A stretch of 64,000 bases of DNA. Source: Patescibacteria group bacterium (GTDB lineage Bacteria > Patescibacteriota > Patescibacteriia > Patescibacteriales > UBA12465). A program made the translations under genes and the position numbers. The notes beneath the pieces are model-generated. The model was not told the origin of the DNA and searched no databases. It worked only from the letters and a program-made list of their open reading frames with translations. Shown here one piece after another: positions 19,994 through 29,918 of this stretch; position 1 is the first letter of the stretch; the number at the start of each line of letters is the position of its first letter. Location of the stretch: contig JAQWDY010000001.1 in NCBI GenBank assembly GCA_028705215.1, positions 32,785 through 96,784 of the forward strand, written 5' to 3'.

Positions 19994-21133
19994 ATGAAAA
20001 TAAAAATAGCGCTTATTGCTTTATTTATCTCTCTTCTGTCGTTACCCTTTTTACCAGTAAATGCCGCCTCAGAGAAAGAAAAGGGAACAGTCTTTGTCTC
20101 AGCTGACGAAAATATAACCGGCAACCTTTTTGCGGCTGGAGAAAACATAATTGTTGATGGCATAGTCGGTGGCGATTTAATAGCAGCCGCCAATTATATT
20201 ACTGTTACTGGTCGAATTGAGGGAGATATAATTGCTGTTGGCCAAAACATTAACATTGAAGGTGAGGTTGGTGGAAATGTGCGTGTCTTTGGTAGCAATA
20301 TTAATATCAATGGCTCAATTTCACGTAATCTTAACGCTTTTGGCTCGCAGGTCACAATTGGAAATGAAACAAGAATTGGCTGGGACGCTATTGTTGGTGG
20401 CTCCGCAACAACAATTAGAGGCAATATAATAGGCGCACTTGATTCCTACTCACAAAAAACTTTTATTGCTGGCAAGGTTGGTAAAAATGTTAAAGTTAGA
20501 GTTTTAAACAACGAAGACGACGGTTTAATAATAGATAAAAATAGTGTTATTAATGGAAATTTAGATTACTACTCTAAAGAAGAACTAAATTTAAATGCCA
20601 ATAGTAGTATTTCTGGGGATATAACTTGGCAAAATTTAAATATTAATAAAAAATCACCTTTCTTGAGTTGGTTATGGGAAGCCGCCTTTTCCTTTTTATC
20701 AGTTTTATTTATTGGCCTTTTCTTTATTTTTATAACCCCCCGTTTAAGTCGACAGTTTATTAAAGAAGCAAAAAATAAAACCGGAAAAACATTATTATGG
20801 GGCAGTCTTTTCACTTTAATAGCTATTCCTCTAGCTTTAATTTTAGCCTTTACTATTATCGGCATCCCTCTTTCAATAATTTTAATTTCTCTTTGGCTAG
20901 CTGGTTTGTTTGTTGGCAAAACTATCGCCACTCTAATACTGGGCGATCTTATCTTTACCAAAATTTTAAAACGAGAAAAGGTTCATTTGTTTTGGGTCTT
21001 GCTAATAGGCTCATTTGTTTTATCATTAATATCATTAATCCCTTGGTTTGGCTGGATTTTTAGCTTTGTAGCAATCTGGCTTGGCCTGGGAAGCATTTTA
21101 TCTTATGTTATCAATAAACCCAAAAATATTTAA
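19994..21133 (+). CDS. Secreted beta-helix (bactofilin-like repeat) membrane protein
   Basis: Signal peptide, repeated I.G.V.GD/N motifs, about 5 C-terminal TM helices (TIIGIPL). Confidence 0.75.
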   Translation: MKIKIALIALFISLLSLPFLPVNAASEKEKGTVFVSADENITGNLFAAGENIIVDGIVGGDLIAAANYITVTGRIEGDIIAVGQNINIEGEVGGNVRVFGSNININGSISRNLNAFGSQVTIGNETRIGWDAIVGGSATTIRGNIIGALDSYSQKTFIAGKVGKNVKVRVLNNEDDGLIIDKNSVINGNLDYYSKEELNLNANSSISGDITWQNLNINKKSPFLSWLWEAAFSFLSVLFIGLFFIFITPRLSRQFIKEAKNKTGKTLLWGSLFTLIAIPLALILAFTIIGIPLSIILISLWLAGLFVGKTIATLILGDLIFTKILKREKVHLFWVLLIGSFVLSLISLIPWFGWIFSFVAIWLGLGSILSYVINKPKNI

Positions 21134-22484
21134 AGCCTACGACATTAGAGGTATTTACGGACAAGATTTTGACAATGAACTAGCCTATTTGCTTGGTCTT
21201 GCCTTTGTTGAACTCAAGAAACATGATGATGATTATAATAGGGAAAGACCCTTAAATCTTGCCGTTGCTCGCGACATGAGAGAATCTTCTTTAATGTTAA
21301 AAGATAACTTAATTCGTGGCCTTACCGCCGCTGGCGCCAATGTTTTTGATCTTGACTTAGTTTCGACACCAAGTTTTTATTTTGCAGTTGGGAAAAATAA
21401 TTATGATGGCGGAATAATGATTTCTGCCTCTCACAATCCAAAAGAGTGGAACGGCTTTAAGTTAGTAAGAAGAAATGGTCGTCCTGTTAGTGGCGACACT
21501 GGAATCATGTTTTTAAAAGACAAGATATTTGAGAATAAATTCATGCCTCCATTAAAACCAGGAATTGTTACCAAAATATCTGGCACTCTTGAAGAGGAGC
21601 TTTCCTTTTCCTTTGCCAATATTAACTCCGAATTAATTAAACCTTTAAAGGTTGTAGCTGATGCTGCCAATAGTATGGGGGCTCTCTATTTGGAAAAAAT
21701 ATTTACCCACTTAAAACAATGTGAGTTGATAAAATTAAATTTTACTCTTGACGGCACCTTTCCTGCTCATGAAGCCGACCCTTTAAAAGAAGAAAATTTG
21801 GCCCAGCTTAAGGCAGCGGTTATAAAAAATAAGGCTGATTTAGGCATCGCTACTGATGGTGATGGTGATAGGATATTTTTCATTGATAATAAAGGGGAGG
21901 TAATAAAGCCCTCTATATTAAGAGGCTTATTAGCAAAAATATTCTTAAAAGATCAACCTGGGGCTAAAATTGGTTATGATGTTAGGCCAGGAAAAATTAC
22001 AATAGACATGATTAATGAAAGTGGTGGTATTCCAGTGGTAACTAAAGTGGGGCACTCCTTAATTAAAGAACAAATGTTAACAGAAGGAATTTATTTTGCT
22101 GGTGAATCATCGGGACACTTTTACCTAAATACTGCGGTTGGCTGTTTTGAGTATCCAACATTGATGATTTTAAAATTATTAATTGAATTTTCAAGCACCT
22201 CAGAGCCAACATCTTTATATATAGAAAAATATGAAAAGTATTATGCTTCAGGGGAAATTAATTGCGCTGTAATTGATAAGGAGGCTGTTTTTACAAGAAT
22301 TAAAAACACTTTCTCTGATGGAAAAATAAATACCCTTGATGGTGTTAGTGTAAGTTATGATAATTTTTGGTTTAACGTTAGAGGGTCAAATACTGAAGAA
22401 AAGGTACGCTTAAATTTAGAAGCAATAAATGAAGATCTTGTAAAAGAGAAAACGGAAGAAATATTAAAAATAATTAAACAATAA
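21105..22484 (+). CDS. Phosphomannomutase/phosphoglucomutase
   Basis: IFKAYDIRG, ISASHNP, DGDGDR, GESSGH, RGSNTE. Start at ATG 21105. Confidence 0.95.
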   Translation: MLSINPKIFKAYDIRGIYGQDFDNELAYLLGLAFVELKKHDDDYNRERPLNLAVARDMRESSLMLKDNLIRGLTAAGANVFDLDLVSTPSFYFAVGKNNYDGGIMISASHNPKEWNGFKLVRRNGRPVSGDTGIMFLKDKIFENKFMPPLKPGIVTKISGTLEEELSFSFANINSELIKPLKVVADAANSMGALYLEKIFTHLKQCELIKLNFTLDGTFPAHEADPLKEENLAQLKAAVIKNKADLGIATDGDGDRIFFIDNKGEVIKPSILRGLLAKIFLKDQPGAKIGYDVRPGKITIDMINESGGIPVVTKVGHSLIKEQMLTEGIYFAGESSGHFYLNTAVGCFEYPTLMILKLLIEFSSTSEPTSLYIEKYEKYYASGEINCAVIDKEAVFTRIKNTFSDGKINTLDGVSVSYDNFWFNVRGSNTEEKVRLNLEAINEDLVKEKTEEILKIIKQ

Positions 22485-22500
22485 ATAAACCATAAATATA

Positions 22501-22536
22501 ATAAAAAAGAGGTTATATTGTTAACCTCTTTTTTAT
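22501..22536. terminator. Bidirectional terminator
   Basis: ATAAAAAAGAGGTTA...TAACCTCTTTTTTAT between convergent genes. Confidence 0.8.
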
Positions 22537-22542
22537 TATTTA

Positions 22543-22827
22543 TTATTTTTTTCTCTCCACTTCAAGTGTAGCTTTAGATAGCAAGGCGGCCAAGGCACCA
22601 ACGGCAGCCAACATTGGTGCAAAAACCGTTCCAACAACCGCCACAGTAACAGGAATTTCCATAATCACATCATCATTTTCATCTTTAATTTTAATTCTTC
22701 TTACATTTCCCTCTTTTATTAATTCTTTAATTTTTTTTATCATCTCATAACCAGCAACCTTAATCTTTTCCTTTTTTTTAGTTTTTTTTGAACTAGTTTT
22801 TTTTGAACTAGTTTTTTTTGTTGCCAT
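22543..22827 (-). CDS. DUF4342-family protein
   Basis: KIKELIKEGNVRRIKIK...EIPVT...AP.LAAVGALAAL...VER. Confidence 0.85.
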   Translation of the reverse strand: MATKKTSSKKTSSKKTKKKEKIKVAGYEMIKKIKELIKEGNVRRIKIKDENDDVIMEIPVTVAVVGTVFAPMLAAVGALAALLSKATLEVERKK

Positions 22828-22838
22828 ATATTTTATAT

Positions 22839-24515
22839 TTAGTTAAAGTAAGCATTTTGAATATAATCTCTTACTACTCTATCTGTGTTAAAATAAGAAG
22901 CATTAATTGCTATAGAAAAACGCATAATTTCACGCCACACTTCTGGCTTGTGATAAAAACAAGGAAGAATATCGTTTTCTAATAAATCATAAATACAAGC
23001 CGCATCTTTTTCATCTTGTTTTTTGTTTCCAGTCTTTTTTGAGCAACTAATCGCCCAGCCTGTTTTATCTTTAATATATCCCTCATGCCACCAACCATCA
23101 AGAGTGCTCAATTGGGGGATGCCGTTATGGGCTGCTTTCATGCCACTGGTGCCAGAAGCTTCATTGGGAGGAAGGGGGTTATTGAGCCATATATCAACAC
23201 CAGCGGTCACAAGCTTTGCTAACTTCATGTCATAGTTTTCCAAAAAAGCTATTTTTATTCTTTTTCCGTATCTCTTTTTTATTTCATTTAATTCTTTAAT
23301 AAGGCTTTTACCAATTTCATCCTGTGGATGAGCCTTGCCACTATAGACTAGTTGAATTTTTCCAACTTTATCATGAATAGATAAAAACTTTTTTATATCA
23401 TTAAATAATAAGGTTGGTCTTTTATAGGCGGTAAAACGTCGCGCAAAACCAATGGTAAAAACTTGAGCCGCAAACTTTTCTCCGGTTTTATTTTCTATCA
23501 CCTTTAAAAGACGCTTTTTTGCACTTTGATGAGCTAACCATATTTTATTAAGTGGAATTGAAAAAGCGTGCCTTAAAGATAGGCCTGATTCTCGCCACTC
23601 CGGAATATATTCATCAAAAAGTGCGATAAATTCTGGCGCCGTCCAGGTAAGAGAGTGCACACCATTGGTAACATTATTAATTACATGCTTCGGAAACATC
23701 TTTCTTGTAACTTTTTGATGACTACTTGCCACTCCATTTATATAATCACTAAAGTATAGAGCGATCTCAGTCATATTCACCTTATTGCCTGTAACCAAGC
23801 CTGGCAATTTATCAGGAAAATCAGGTTGGTAGTGTTTTACTTTTTCTATTGGAAAAATATCATTAGCTGTTTTTAATGGGGTATGAGTAGTAAAAACACA
23901 AGTCCTTTTTACTTTTGCTATTCTCTCTTTTACACTCCCCTTTTCATCTAAAAATTTAGCAATAGCTACAAAACTTCCATGCCCTTCGTTAATGTGAAGC
24001 TTTTCTATAGAATATCCTATTTTTTTTATCACCTCATAACCACCACGACCAAGTATCATCTCCTGTAAAAGACGATATTCTCTATCACCACCGTATAAAT
24101 GATCGGTTAAACCTCGATATTTCTCCTTATTCTTTTTCAAGTTGGTGTCTAATAAAATTACTGGAACAGAAAAACCCTTAGCGGATTTAATAATGTATTC
24201 CCAAGCCGCAATATAAACTTTATCTCTATTTATTTTTATTGAAACCTCGCTCTTTATTTTTTTTAACTTAGAAAAATTATAAGCTTTAAAAAGATTTTCT
24301 TTCTGCTCACCTTTTTTATTTATTTTTTGATTAAAATAGCCATAGCGATTAATCAGCGTTACTCCAATTATCGGAACATTTAAATCAGCTGCAGAGCGCA
24401 ATATGTCGCCCGCCAAAACCCCCAAGCCCCCGGAATAGGTTTTGATGTCTGGATGCATGCCAATTTCCATGCTAAAATAGGCAATTTTATACTTTTCTTT
24501 TTCTTGTTTTTTCAT
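22839..24515 (-). CDS. glgP: Alpha-glucan phosphorylase (short GT35 form)
   Basis: AYFSMEIG, YSGGLGVLAGD, HINEGH, FARRFTAYKR, EASGTSGMKA. Confidence 0.93.
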   Translation of the reverse strand: MKKQEKEKYKIAYFSMEIGMHPDIKTYSGGLGVLAGDILRSAADLNVPIIGVTLINRYGYFNQKINKKGEQKENLFKAYNFSKLKKIKSEVSIKINRDKVYIAAWEYIIKSAKGFSVPVILLDTNLKKNKEKYRGLTDHLYGGDREYRLLQEMILGRGGYEVIKKIGYSIEKLHINEGHGSFVAIAKFLDEKGSVKERIAKVKRTCVFTTHTPLKTANDIFPIEKVKHYQPDFPDKLPGLVTGNKVNMTEIALYFSDYINGVASSHQKVTRKMFPKHVINNVTNGVHSLTWTAPEFIALFDEYIPEWRESGLSLRHAFSIPLNKIWLAHQSAKKRLLKVIENKTGEKFAAQVFTIGFARRFTAYKRPTLLFNDIKKFLSIHDKVGKIQLVYSGKAHPQDEIGKSLIKELNEIKKRYGKRIKIAFLENYDMKLAKLVTAGVDIWLNNPLPPNEASGTSGMKAAHNGIPQLSTLDGWWHEGYIKDKTGWAISCSKKTGNKKQDEKDAACIYDLLENDILPCFYHKPEVWREIMRFSIAINASYFNTDRVVRDYIQNAYFN

Positions 24516-24519
24516 TTAT

Positions 24520-27363
24520 TTAAGATATTGTAATCATTATTTCGTTACTCTTCTTCGTTTCGCCACTCCAAGTTTTAATCTCCGCATAGACTTTGTATGC
24601 ACCCTTATCAATCAAATCTCCTTGCCAATAAACTTCAAAAATTTCTCCATTTACCCCATTTATATCTCCCAATAACTTGCTATCACTTCCATCTTCTCTG
24701 CTTAAAAATACTAAGATTCTCGATACATTATCAGGATTACTTACACCAACCGATATATTTAAGGGAAAATCTATTTGATTTACAGCAATACCGCTACTTG
24801 GAGAAATGATTGCAACCGTGCTCGGCTCATTATTACTTATTGTTTTATTTTTTAAATTGAAGTCAAGGCTATCTTCGGCGCAATTATTTACATCATCGCA
24901 AACTCTTACCAAAAGATTGTGATAACCTTTATCAAGTGGTGGCAATTTTTCATTGATTAAAGATTCATTACCAGTTTTTGTTTGCCACAAACTGCCGTTT
25001 ATAAAATAATTAATCTGGCTTACCCCCCTTAAAGCACTAGCTGCAATTTCAACTACTAAGTTATTATCTGATATCTCTTGTTTATCATTAGGACTAATTA
25101 TCTTTATTTCCGGAATATTTTCTGGCGAGTGCAAATTATCAAAATCATTCAAAAGCTTAGTTGAAGTCGCATTTTCTTCCGCCCACGCTAAAACCGCCGA
25201 TTCCCATAATTCAAATTGTGGATCAGCACTTGGGTCTTCGGGAACCTCCCCTCGCGGATCATCTTTATCTACATAAAATAAAATAGAGTGGGCTTCAGGA
25301 ATCTTCATATTAGAAATCAATTCTGGCGGGGTTTGTCCGCTAGCTAATTCCCCAGTCGTTGTATCTATTTTTATCTCTCTTTCTGGAATTTCACCATCCA
25401 AAATTCCTTTACCCGTTTTATAATCATCAGGCGTTTTAAAATTTTCTATTGGCGTGTCTCCCAATACTCGAGACATAAAAGCATTCCAAATTGGAGCGGC
25501 AACTGTGCTCCCCCCAGCTCCCCGATTCATCTCTTCATTATTATTATTTCCCACCCAAACTCCAGTTACAATAGAAGGCGTATAACCAATGGTCCACGCA
25601 TCGCGATAATCATTAGTGGTTCCTGTTTTGGCAGCGACTGGACGACCAGAAATTACTAGATCATTTCTTTCGCCAAAAGCATAGGCGCGCGCTGAATTAT
25701 CAGATAATATGTTATTTATCATCCTGCTGGTTTGCACGCCCAACACATCCCTTTCTTCAGATTTGTATTCTTCTATTATATTCCCATTCTTATCTTCTAT
25801 TTTTAAAATACTAACTATATTATTAATTTTACCCTCTCTGGCAAAGATGCTGTAGGCATTAACATGCTCTAAAAGCTTCACCTCTGCCCCACCAAGGACC
25901 AAGGCAAGACCAAAACGTTCCCTTGGGTACAAAGTGGTATAACCCGCCTTATCGGCTAAATTTAGAACATCATTTACACCAGCTAAATAAAGCGCCTTAA
26001 CTGCTGGGATATTTAATGAACCGGCTAAAGCCTTTCTCACACTAACTGGTCCATTTTCTTTTAAATTATAGTTTTTAGGAGTATAAGGCTCACTCTCTGA
26101 AAAATTTGTTATTACATCATATAGGACTGTGTCTGGGGTATAACCTTTTTCAAACAAAGCGGCGTAAACTAGTGGTTTAAGGGATGATCCTGGTTGTCTT
26201 GATCTAAGAGCAACGTTTACTTGACCATCGATGTCGTTATTAAAATAATCACGGGATCCAACCATGGCTAAAACTTGTCCTGTTTTAGGATCAATAGAAA
26301 CTAAGGCCGCATTATTAGCGTTATATTTCTCCTCATATTCAACTGTTTTTTCTGCTATAACCTCTTCGGCGATTTGTTGTTTATATAAATCAAGGGTTGT
26401 GTAAATTTTTAATCCTTCCTGTTCTATCATTTTTTCTCCATACTTTTCCGCTAAGATGTCTTTAATATACATAACAAAATGGGGAGCGGTAATATTTGTT
26501 TCTGGGCCAGCGAAAACAATTTCTTCTTGTTTGGCTTGCTCTGCCTCTTCTTTACTAATATGCCCCTGTTGTTCCATTAGAGTAATAACATAATCCTTTC
26601 TTCCTAAAAGGAAATCTTTATTAGGCCCATAAGGAGAATAACGCGATGGAGCTTGCACTAAGGCGGATAAAAGAGCTGCCTCAGCGATACTTATATCTTT
26701 AGCGTTTTTATTAAAATATTTTTGACTTGCCGCCTCTATTCCATAAGCATTGGATCCATAAGGAATTTCATTTAAATACATTTGCAAAATTTCATCCTTA
26801 CTAAATTTTTTTTCCAATCTGTAAGCCAATACTATTTCTTTTATTTTTCTGGTTATTTTCTTCTCCGGAGTTAAAACAGCGTTTTTAACAAACTGTTGTG
26901 TAAGTGTTGACCCTCCAGCGGTACGATTATAGATTACATTAGTAATCGCAGTCCTAAACATTGCCCATATACTAAAACCACTGTGGTGATAGAAATTTTT
27001 ATCCTCAAGCGAAATTGATGCCCATTTTACATGATCGGGTAAATCGGATAAGGAGATAAGCGTTCTTTTTTCATCGCCATGTATCTCATATAGGATGTGC
27101 TCGCCAGTTCTATCATAAATTTTAGTGCTTTGCGTAATTTCTCTTTCCAATAATTGATTAGGGTTAGGGATGTCACGTGAGATCCAGGCGACAAAAGCAA
27201 CAACAGCAACCACAGAAAAAAGAGCCGCCCAGAGGGCGATAAATAACAACTTCTTTTTCCAAGGTTTCTTTTTATCTGTTCTGCTAGTATTTCTATAAGT
27301 CGTTCTCACCACTTGATTTTTCCATGAATCAGAAGACTTTTGTTTTCTTGTATTTTTTGTCAT
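24520..27363 (-). CDS. Class A penicillin-binding protein with C-terminal Ig-like domains
   Basis: EDKNFY, GGSTLTQQ, RKIKE, SSLK, SLN, KTGT motifs. Confidence 0.95.
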   Translation of the reverse strand: MTKNTRKQKSSDSWKNQVVRTTYRNTSRTDKKKPWKKKLLFIALWAALFSVVAVVAFVAWISRDIPNPNQLLEREITQSTKIYDRTGEHILYEIHGDEKRTLISLSDLPDHVKWASISLEDKNFYHHSGFSIWAMFRTAITNVIYNRTAGGSTLTQQFVKNAVLTPEKKITRKIKEIVLAYRLEKKFSKDEILQMYLNEIPYGSNAYGIEAASQKYFNKNAKDISIAEAALLSALVQAPSRYSPYGPNKDFLLGRKDYVITLMEQQGHISKEEAEQAKQEEIVFAGPETNITAPHFVMYIKDILAEKYGEKMIEQEGLKIYTTLDLYKQQIAEEVIAEKTVEYEEKYNANNAALVSIDPKTGQVLAMVGSRDYFNNDIDGQVNVALRSRQPGSSLKPLVYAALFEKGYTPDTVLYDVITNFSESEPYTPKNYNLKENGPVSVRKALAGSLNIPAVKALYLAGVNDVLNLADKAGYTTLYPRERFGLALVLGGAEVKLLEHVNAYSIFAREGKINNIVSILKIEDKNGNIIEEYKSEERDVLGVQTSRMINNILSDNSARAYAFGERNDLVISGRPVAAKTGTTNDYRDAWTIGYTPSIVTGVWVGNNNNEEMNRGAGGSTVAAPIWNAFMSRVLGDTPIENFKTPDDYKTGKGILDGEIPEREIKIDTTTGELASGQTPPELISNMKIPEAHSILFYVDKDDPRGEVPEDPSADPQFELWESAVLAWAEENATSTKLLNDFDNLHSPENIPEIKIISPNDKQEISDNNLVVEIAASALRGVSQINYFINGSLWQTKTGNESLINEKLPPLDKGYHNLLVRVCDDVNNCAEDSLDFNLKNKTISNNEPSTVAIISPSSGIAVNQIDFPLNISVGVSNPDNVSRILVFLSREDGSDSKLLGDINGVNGEIFEVYWQGDLIDKGAYKVYAEIKTWSGETKKSNEIMITIS

Positions 27364-27439
27364 AAAATTATTATATCATATTTTACCATTGTTGTCCCTT
27401 ATATGATTTTATTAAATTTTGCTCTATAATGTAAATATT

Positions 27440-28231
27440 ATGAATAATAAAAAAACTATTACTAGCGAAAAAAACGAAATAATTAAAGATCTTTTATCTT
27501 TAAAAAAGAGTAGAAATCGAAAAAAAACGGGAGTTTTTTTGATAGATGGTCGCAGGGAATTAGAGATTGCGATAAGAGCAAATGTAGAAATAGAGAAGAT
27601 TTTTATCTGTCCCGACTTTATTGTTAAAGAAAATTTTTCCCTTGAAGATTATCAAAAATACGAGACAACTTTTGTTTCAAAAGCTATTTTTAAAAAAATA
27701 GCTTACAAAGAAAACCCTGACGGTTTTCTTGCCTTAGCTAAAAAACAAAAAGCCAATCTAAATAATATTAAGCCTCAAACTAAAGAAATTATTATTATCT
27801 TAGAAATGGTTGAAAAGCCTGGTAATTTAGGCGCGATTGTTAGAACTGCTTATGCGGCAGGTGTAAAAAATATAATTTTAACAAACTGTCAGACAGACAT
27901 CTATAACCCCAATGTTATCAGATCTAGTGAGGGGCTAATCTTTAAACTAAATATTATAGAATTAGATAACGCAACAACCCTCTCTTTCTTAGAAAAAAAT
28001 AATATTAAAACATTTTGTGCAGCTACTACTGCTAGTAAAAATTACACAAAAGTTAATTACCCGCAAAAATGTGCTCTAGTCTTTGGGTCAGAAGCTTTTG
28101 GTTTAAGTGATTTTTGGTTAAATAATAAAGAAAATAATATTAAAATTCCCATGGTTTTAGGAATAGACTCTCTTAACGTTTCGGTATCGGTAGCAATAAT
28201 ATTATTTGAGGCATTAAGACAAAATAGTTAG
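27440..28231 (+). CDS. TrmH/SpoU-family RNA methyltransferase
   Basis: PGNLGAIVRTA, VFGSEAFGL, IPM..IDSLNVSVS. Start at ATG 27440. Confidence 0.92.
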   Translation: MNNKKTITSEKNEIIKDLLSLKKSRNRKKTGVFLIDGRRELEIAIRANVEIEKIFICPDFIVKENFSLEDYQKYETTFVSKAIFKKIAYKENPDGFLALAKKQKANLNNIKPQTKEIIIILEMVEKPGNLGAIVRTAYAAGVKNIILTNCQTDIYNPNVIRSSEGLIFKLNIIELDNATTLSFLEKNNIKTFCAATTASKNYTKVNYPQKCALVFGSEAFGLSDFWLNNKENNIKIPMVLGIDSLNVSVSVAIILFEALRQNS

Positions 28232-28277
28232 TTTGACAAGAAGCTTCATTTTTATTACTATAAGACAAGAAAATTAT

Positions 28278-28349
28278 GCGCCCATAGTTCAATGGATAGA
28301 ACACCAGCCTTCTAAGCTGGTTATGGGGGTTCGATTCCCTCTGGGCGTA
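28278..28349 (+). tRNA. tRNA-Arg(TCT)
   Basis: GCGCCCA/TGGGCGT acceptor stem, CCAGC CT TCT AA GCTGG. Confidence 0.95.
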
Positions 28350-28361
28350 CTATCAATTTAT

Positions 28362-28436
28362 GGTGCCTATGGTGTAGAGGCAACACAGCAGGTTGTGGTC
28401 CTGTTATCTCGGGTTCGATTCCCGATAGGCACCCCA
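28362..28436 (+). tRNA. tRNA-His(GTG)
   Basis: G-1 GTGCCTA/TAGGCAC C CCA, anticodon arm GCAGG TT GTG GT CCTGT. Confidence 0.95.
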
Positions 28437-28442
28437 CTAAGG

Positions 28443-28482
28443 AAAAGACGAGTCTAAAAGCTCGTTTTTTCTGTTATATAAG
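28443..28482 (+). repeat. Left-arm repeat copy 1 (contains terminator hairpin)
   Basis: AAAAGACGAGTCTAAAAGCTCGTTTTTTCTGTTATATAAG; 36/40 identical to 29274-29313. Confidence 0.9.
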
Positions 28483-28523
28483 GGTAAAAATGAGGTTTGC
28501 CAACACACATTAATATAAATTGG

Positions 28524-28552
28524 TTGACAAGATAGAATAAATATTGTAATAT
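28524..28552 (+). promoter_or_regulatory. Promoter of the cassette-1 gene
   Basis: TTGACA-17 bp-TAATAT. Confidence 0.7.
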
Positions 28553-28595
28553 ATTTTATTATAGAACATTAAAAATAACCAATTAAAATACACAC

Positions 28596-29150
28596 ATGGA
28601 AAGAAATGTAAAAAAACGAATGTTTTTGGAATCAGAGCTCTTAAACCAAATTTTAAGTGGCGAAAAAACACTTGGAGATTTAAATTGGTTTATTCAATTA
28701 TCTGATTACGAAATTAAAAAAGCACAAAACAGGCCAGTTGACTTGTTTAAAAGCATGGAAGAACACTTTCATTATGTGGATCAACAAATTTTGAATTATT
28801 TAAATGAACAAAAATCCAAAACACATTTGTCAAAACATAAAAAATTGTTTTGGAAAAAAAATCCAAAAAGCATTTTAAAACAAAAAATGGTTACCATGAA
28901 AGATGCTTTGTGTATTGCCTTAGATTTTATAACAGAAAGAAATCTACTTGAAGTAGAAAAAGGCGCATCTTTTCTGATTCCATTTTCAAGAGAAGAAGAA
29001 AAAGGTGAAAACGAAGGTAAAATATTTTATTTTCACATTTTCAACAGCTCAGACTGGAGTAGGCCTAAAATAGAATTAGGAAAAAAAACCAGAGAGGATT
29101 TTTCGAGGATTTATCTAAAAAGTGATTCATATTTTTTGATAAATTCATAA
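28596..29150 (+). CDS. Hypothetical protein (cassette 1 cargo)
   Basis: 184-aa ORF with its own promoter and terminator; no family recognised. Confidence 0.75.
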   Translation: MERNVKKRMFLESELLNQILSGEKTLGDLNWFIQLSDYEIKKAQNRPVDLFKSMEEHFHYVDQQILNYLNEQKSKTHLSKHKKLFWKKNPKSILKQKMVTMKDALCIALDFITERNLLEVEKGASFLIPFSREEEKGENEGKIFYFHIFNSSDWSRPKIELGKKTREDFSRIYLKSDSYFLINS

Positions 29151-29177
29151 TTAAGAAAAGTTAACCTACCACATCCT

Positions 29178-29207
29178 AGACCCGCAACAACATCGCGGGT
29201 CTTTTTT
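29178..29207 (+). terminator. Terminator of the cassette-1 gene
   Basis: AGACCCGC-9 nt-GCGGGTCT-TTTTT. Confidence 0.8.
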
Positions 29208-29219
29208 ATATCAATTTAC

Positions 29220-29269
29220 TAAATATTCCATCAAAAAAGTTTTCCAAGTTTTGCGATTAGCCACCCCAT
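29220..29269 (+). repeat. Right-arm/att-like repeat copy 1
   Basis: TAAATATTCCATCAAAAAAGTTTTCCAAGTTTTGCGATTAGCCACCCCAT; 47/50 identical to 29857-29906. Confidence 0.92.
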
Positions 29270-29273
29270 TTGA

Positions 29274-29313
29274 AAAAGACGAGTCTAAGGGCTCGTTTTT
29301 TCTTTGATATAAG
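29274..29313 (+). repeat. Left-arm repeat copy 2 (contains terminator hairpin)
   Basis: AAAAGACGAGTCTAAGGGCTCGTTTTTTCTTTGATATAAG. Confidence 0.9.
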
Positions 29314-29381
29314 ATAATTATTAAAGTTTGCAAAAAATAAATCAAATGATAATATTGTGTCATAAAGTATATTATCATTTT

Positions 29382-29855
29382 ATGAAAAAAACCTTACTTT
29401 TATTTGTTATTCTAATATCATTAACATTATCTGCCTGTAGCATCTCTCAAAAAGCATCAATTAATTCCAATTTACAGGAATATAATTCACCTGTAATAGT
29501 TAGCAATGAAAATTCATTGGTAATTAAACAGAGAATCCCCGAAGGAACACAAGAAGGGGTGGTTAATGAAAATAAAATTATAAATTACCCACTGAACGAA
29601 GTTAGTGTTATTTTTAATAAAGAAATAAGTAAAGATAGTTTAACTGGAGAAAATTTTTATGCTCTTTGGGGTATAGAGGATAGAATTCCCGCCACCATCT
29701 ATTATAATTCAGAAGAAAAAAAAGCTTCTTTAAAGTTTGATCAACCAATAATTTCTTCAGGCGACATAACAAGAATCACTGTTATTCTAAATAATATAAA
29801 ATCAAAAGACGCGGTTATTGATAACTATTCTTATAATATTGATATTAAAAATTAG
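29382..29855 (+). CDS. Putative lipoprotein with Ig-like (Big_5-like) domain (cassette 2 cargo)
   Basis: MKKTLLLFVILISLTLSA-C lipobox; VSVIFNKEI...SL..ENF...Y......ASLKF beta-sandwich pattern. Start at ATG 29382. Confidence 0.75.
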   Translation: MKKTLLLFVILISLTLSACSISQKASINSNLQEYNSPVIVSNENSLVIKQRIPEGTQEGVVNENKIINYPLNEVSVIFNKEISKDSLTGENFYALWGIEDRIPATIYYNSEEKKASLKFDQPIISSGDITRITVILNNIKSKDAVIDNYSYNIDIKN

Positions 29856-29856
29856 T

Positions 29857-29906
29857 TAAATATTCCATCAAAAAAGTTTGCCAAATTTTGCGATTAGTCA
29901 CCCCAT
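29857..29906 (+). repeat. Right-arm/att-like repeat copy 2
   Basis: TAAATATTCCATCAAAAAAGTTTGCCAAATTTTGCGATTAGTCACCCCAT, starting 1 bp after the lipoprotein stop codon. Confidence 0.92.
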
Positions 29907-29918
29907 AAGAAAGTATAT

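Larger units (their letters stand above)
28437..29268 (+). mobile_element. Putative tRNA-His-integrated single-gene cassette 1 (832 bp)
   Basis: Begins right after tRNA CACCCCA with the shared left arm; ends with the shared 50-bp right arm ending in CACCCCA. Confidence 0.65.
29269..29905 (+). mobile_element. Putative tRNA-His-integrated single-gene cassette 2 (637 bp)
   Basis: Same left arm / gene / right arm / CACCCCA layout as cassette 1. Confidence 0.65.

Noticed and set aside
22782-22820. Tandem TTTTTTTGAACTAG repeat in the DUF4342 gene
   Set aside because: An in-frame low-complexity duplication (KKTSS twice); no sign of phase variation.
28233-28457. 74-aa ORF (likewise 51287-51511 and the 5' extension of 61663-62070)
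   Set aside because: They run through tRNA genes.
28437-29906. Repeats as a CRISPR array, integron attC sites or a DGR template/variable pair
   Set aside because: Spacing is 600-800 bp with whole genes between. The arms lack the attC palindrome with RYYYAAC/GTTRRRY ends (GTTAAAT occurs at one copy only). Mismatches are not adenine-specific, and no cas, intI or reverse transcriptase gene is in the window.
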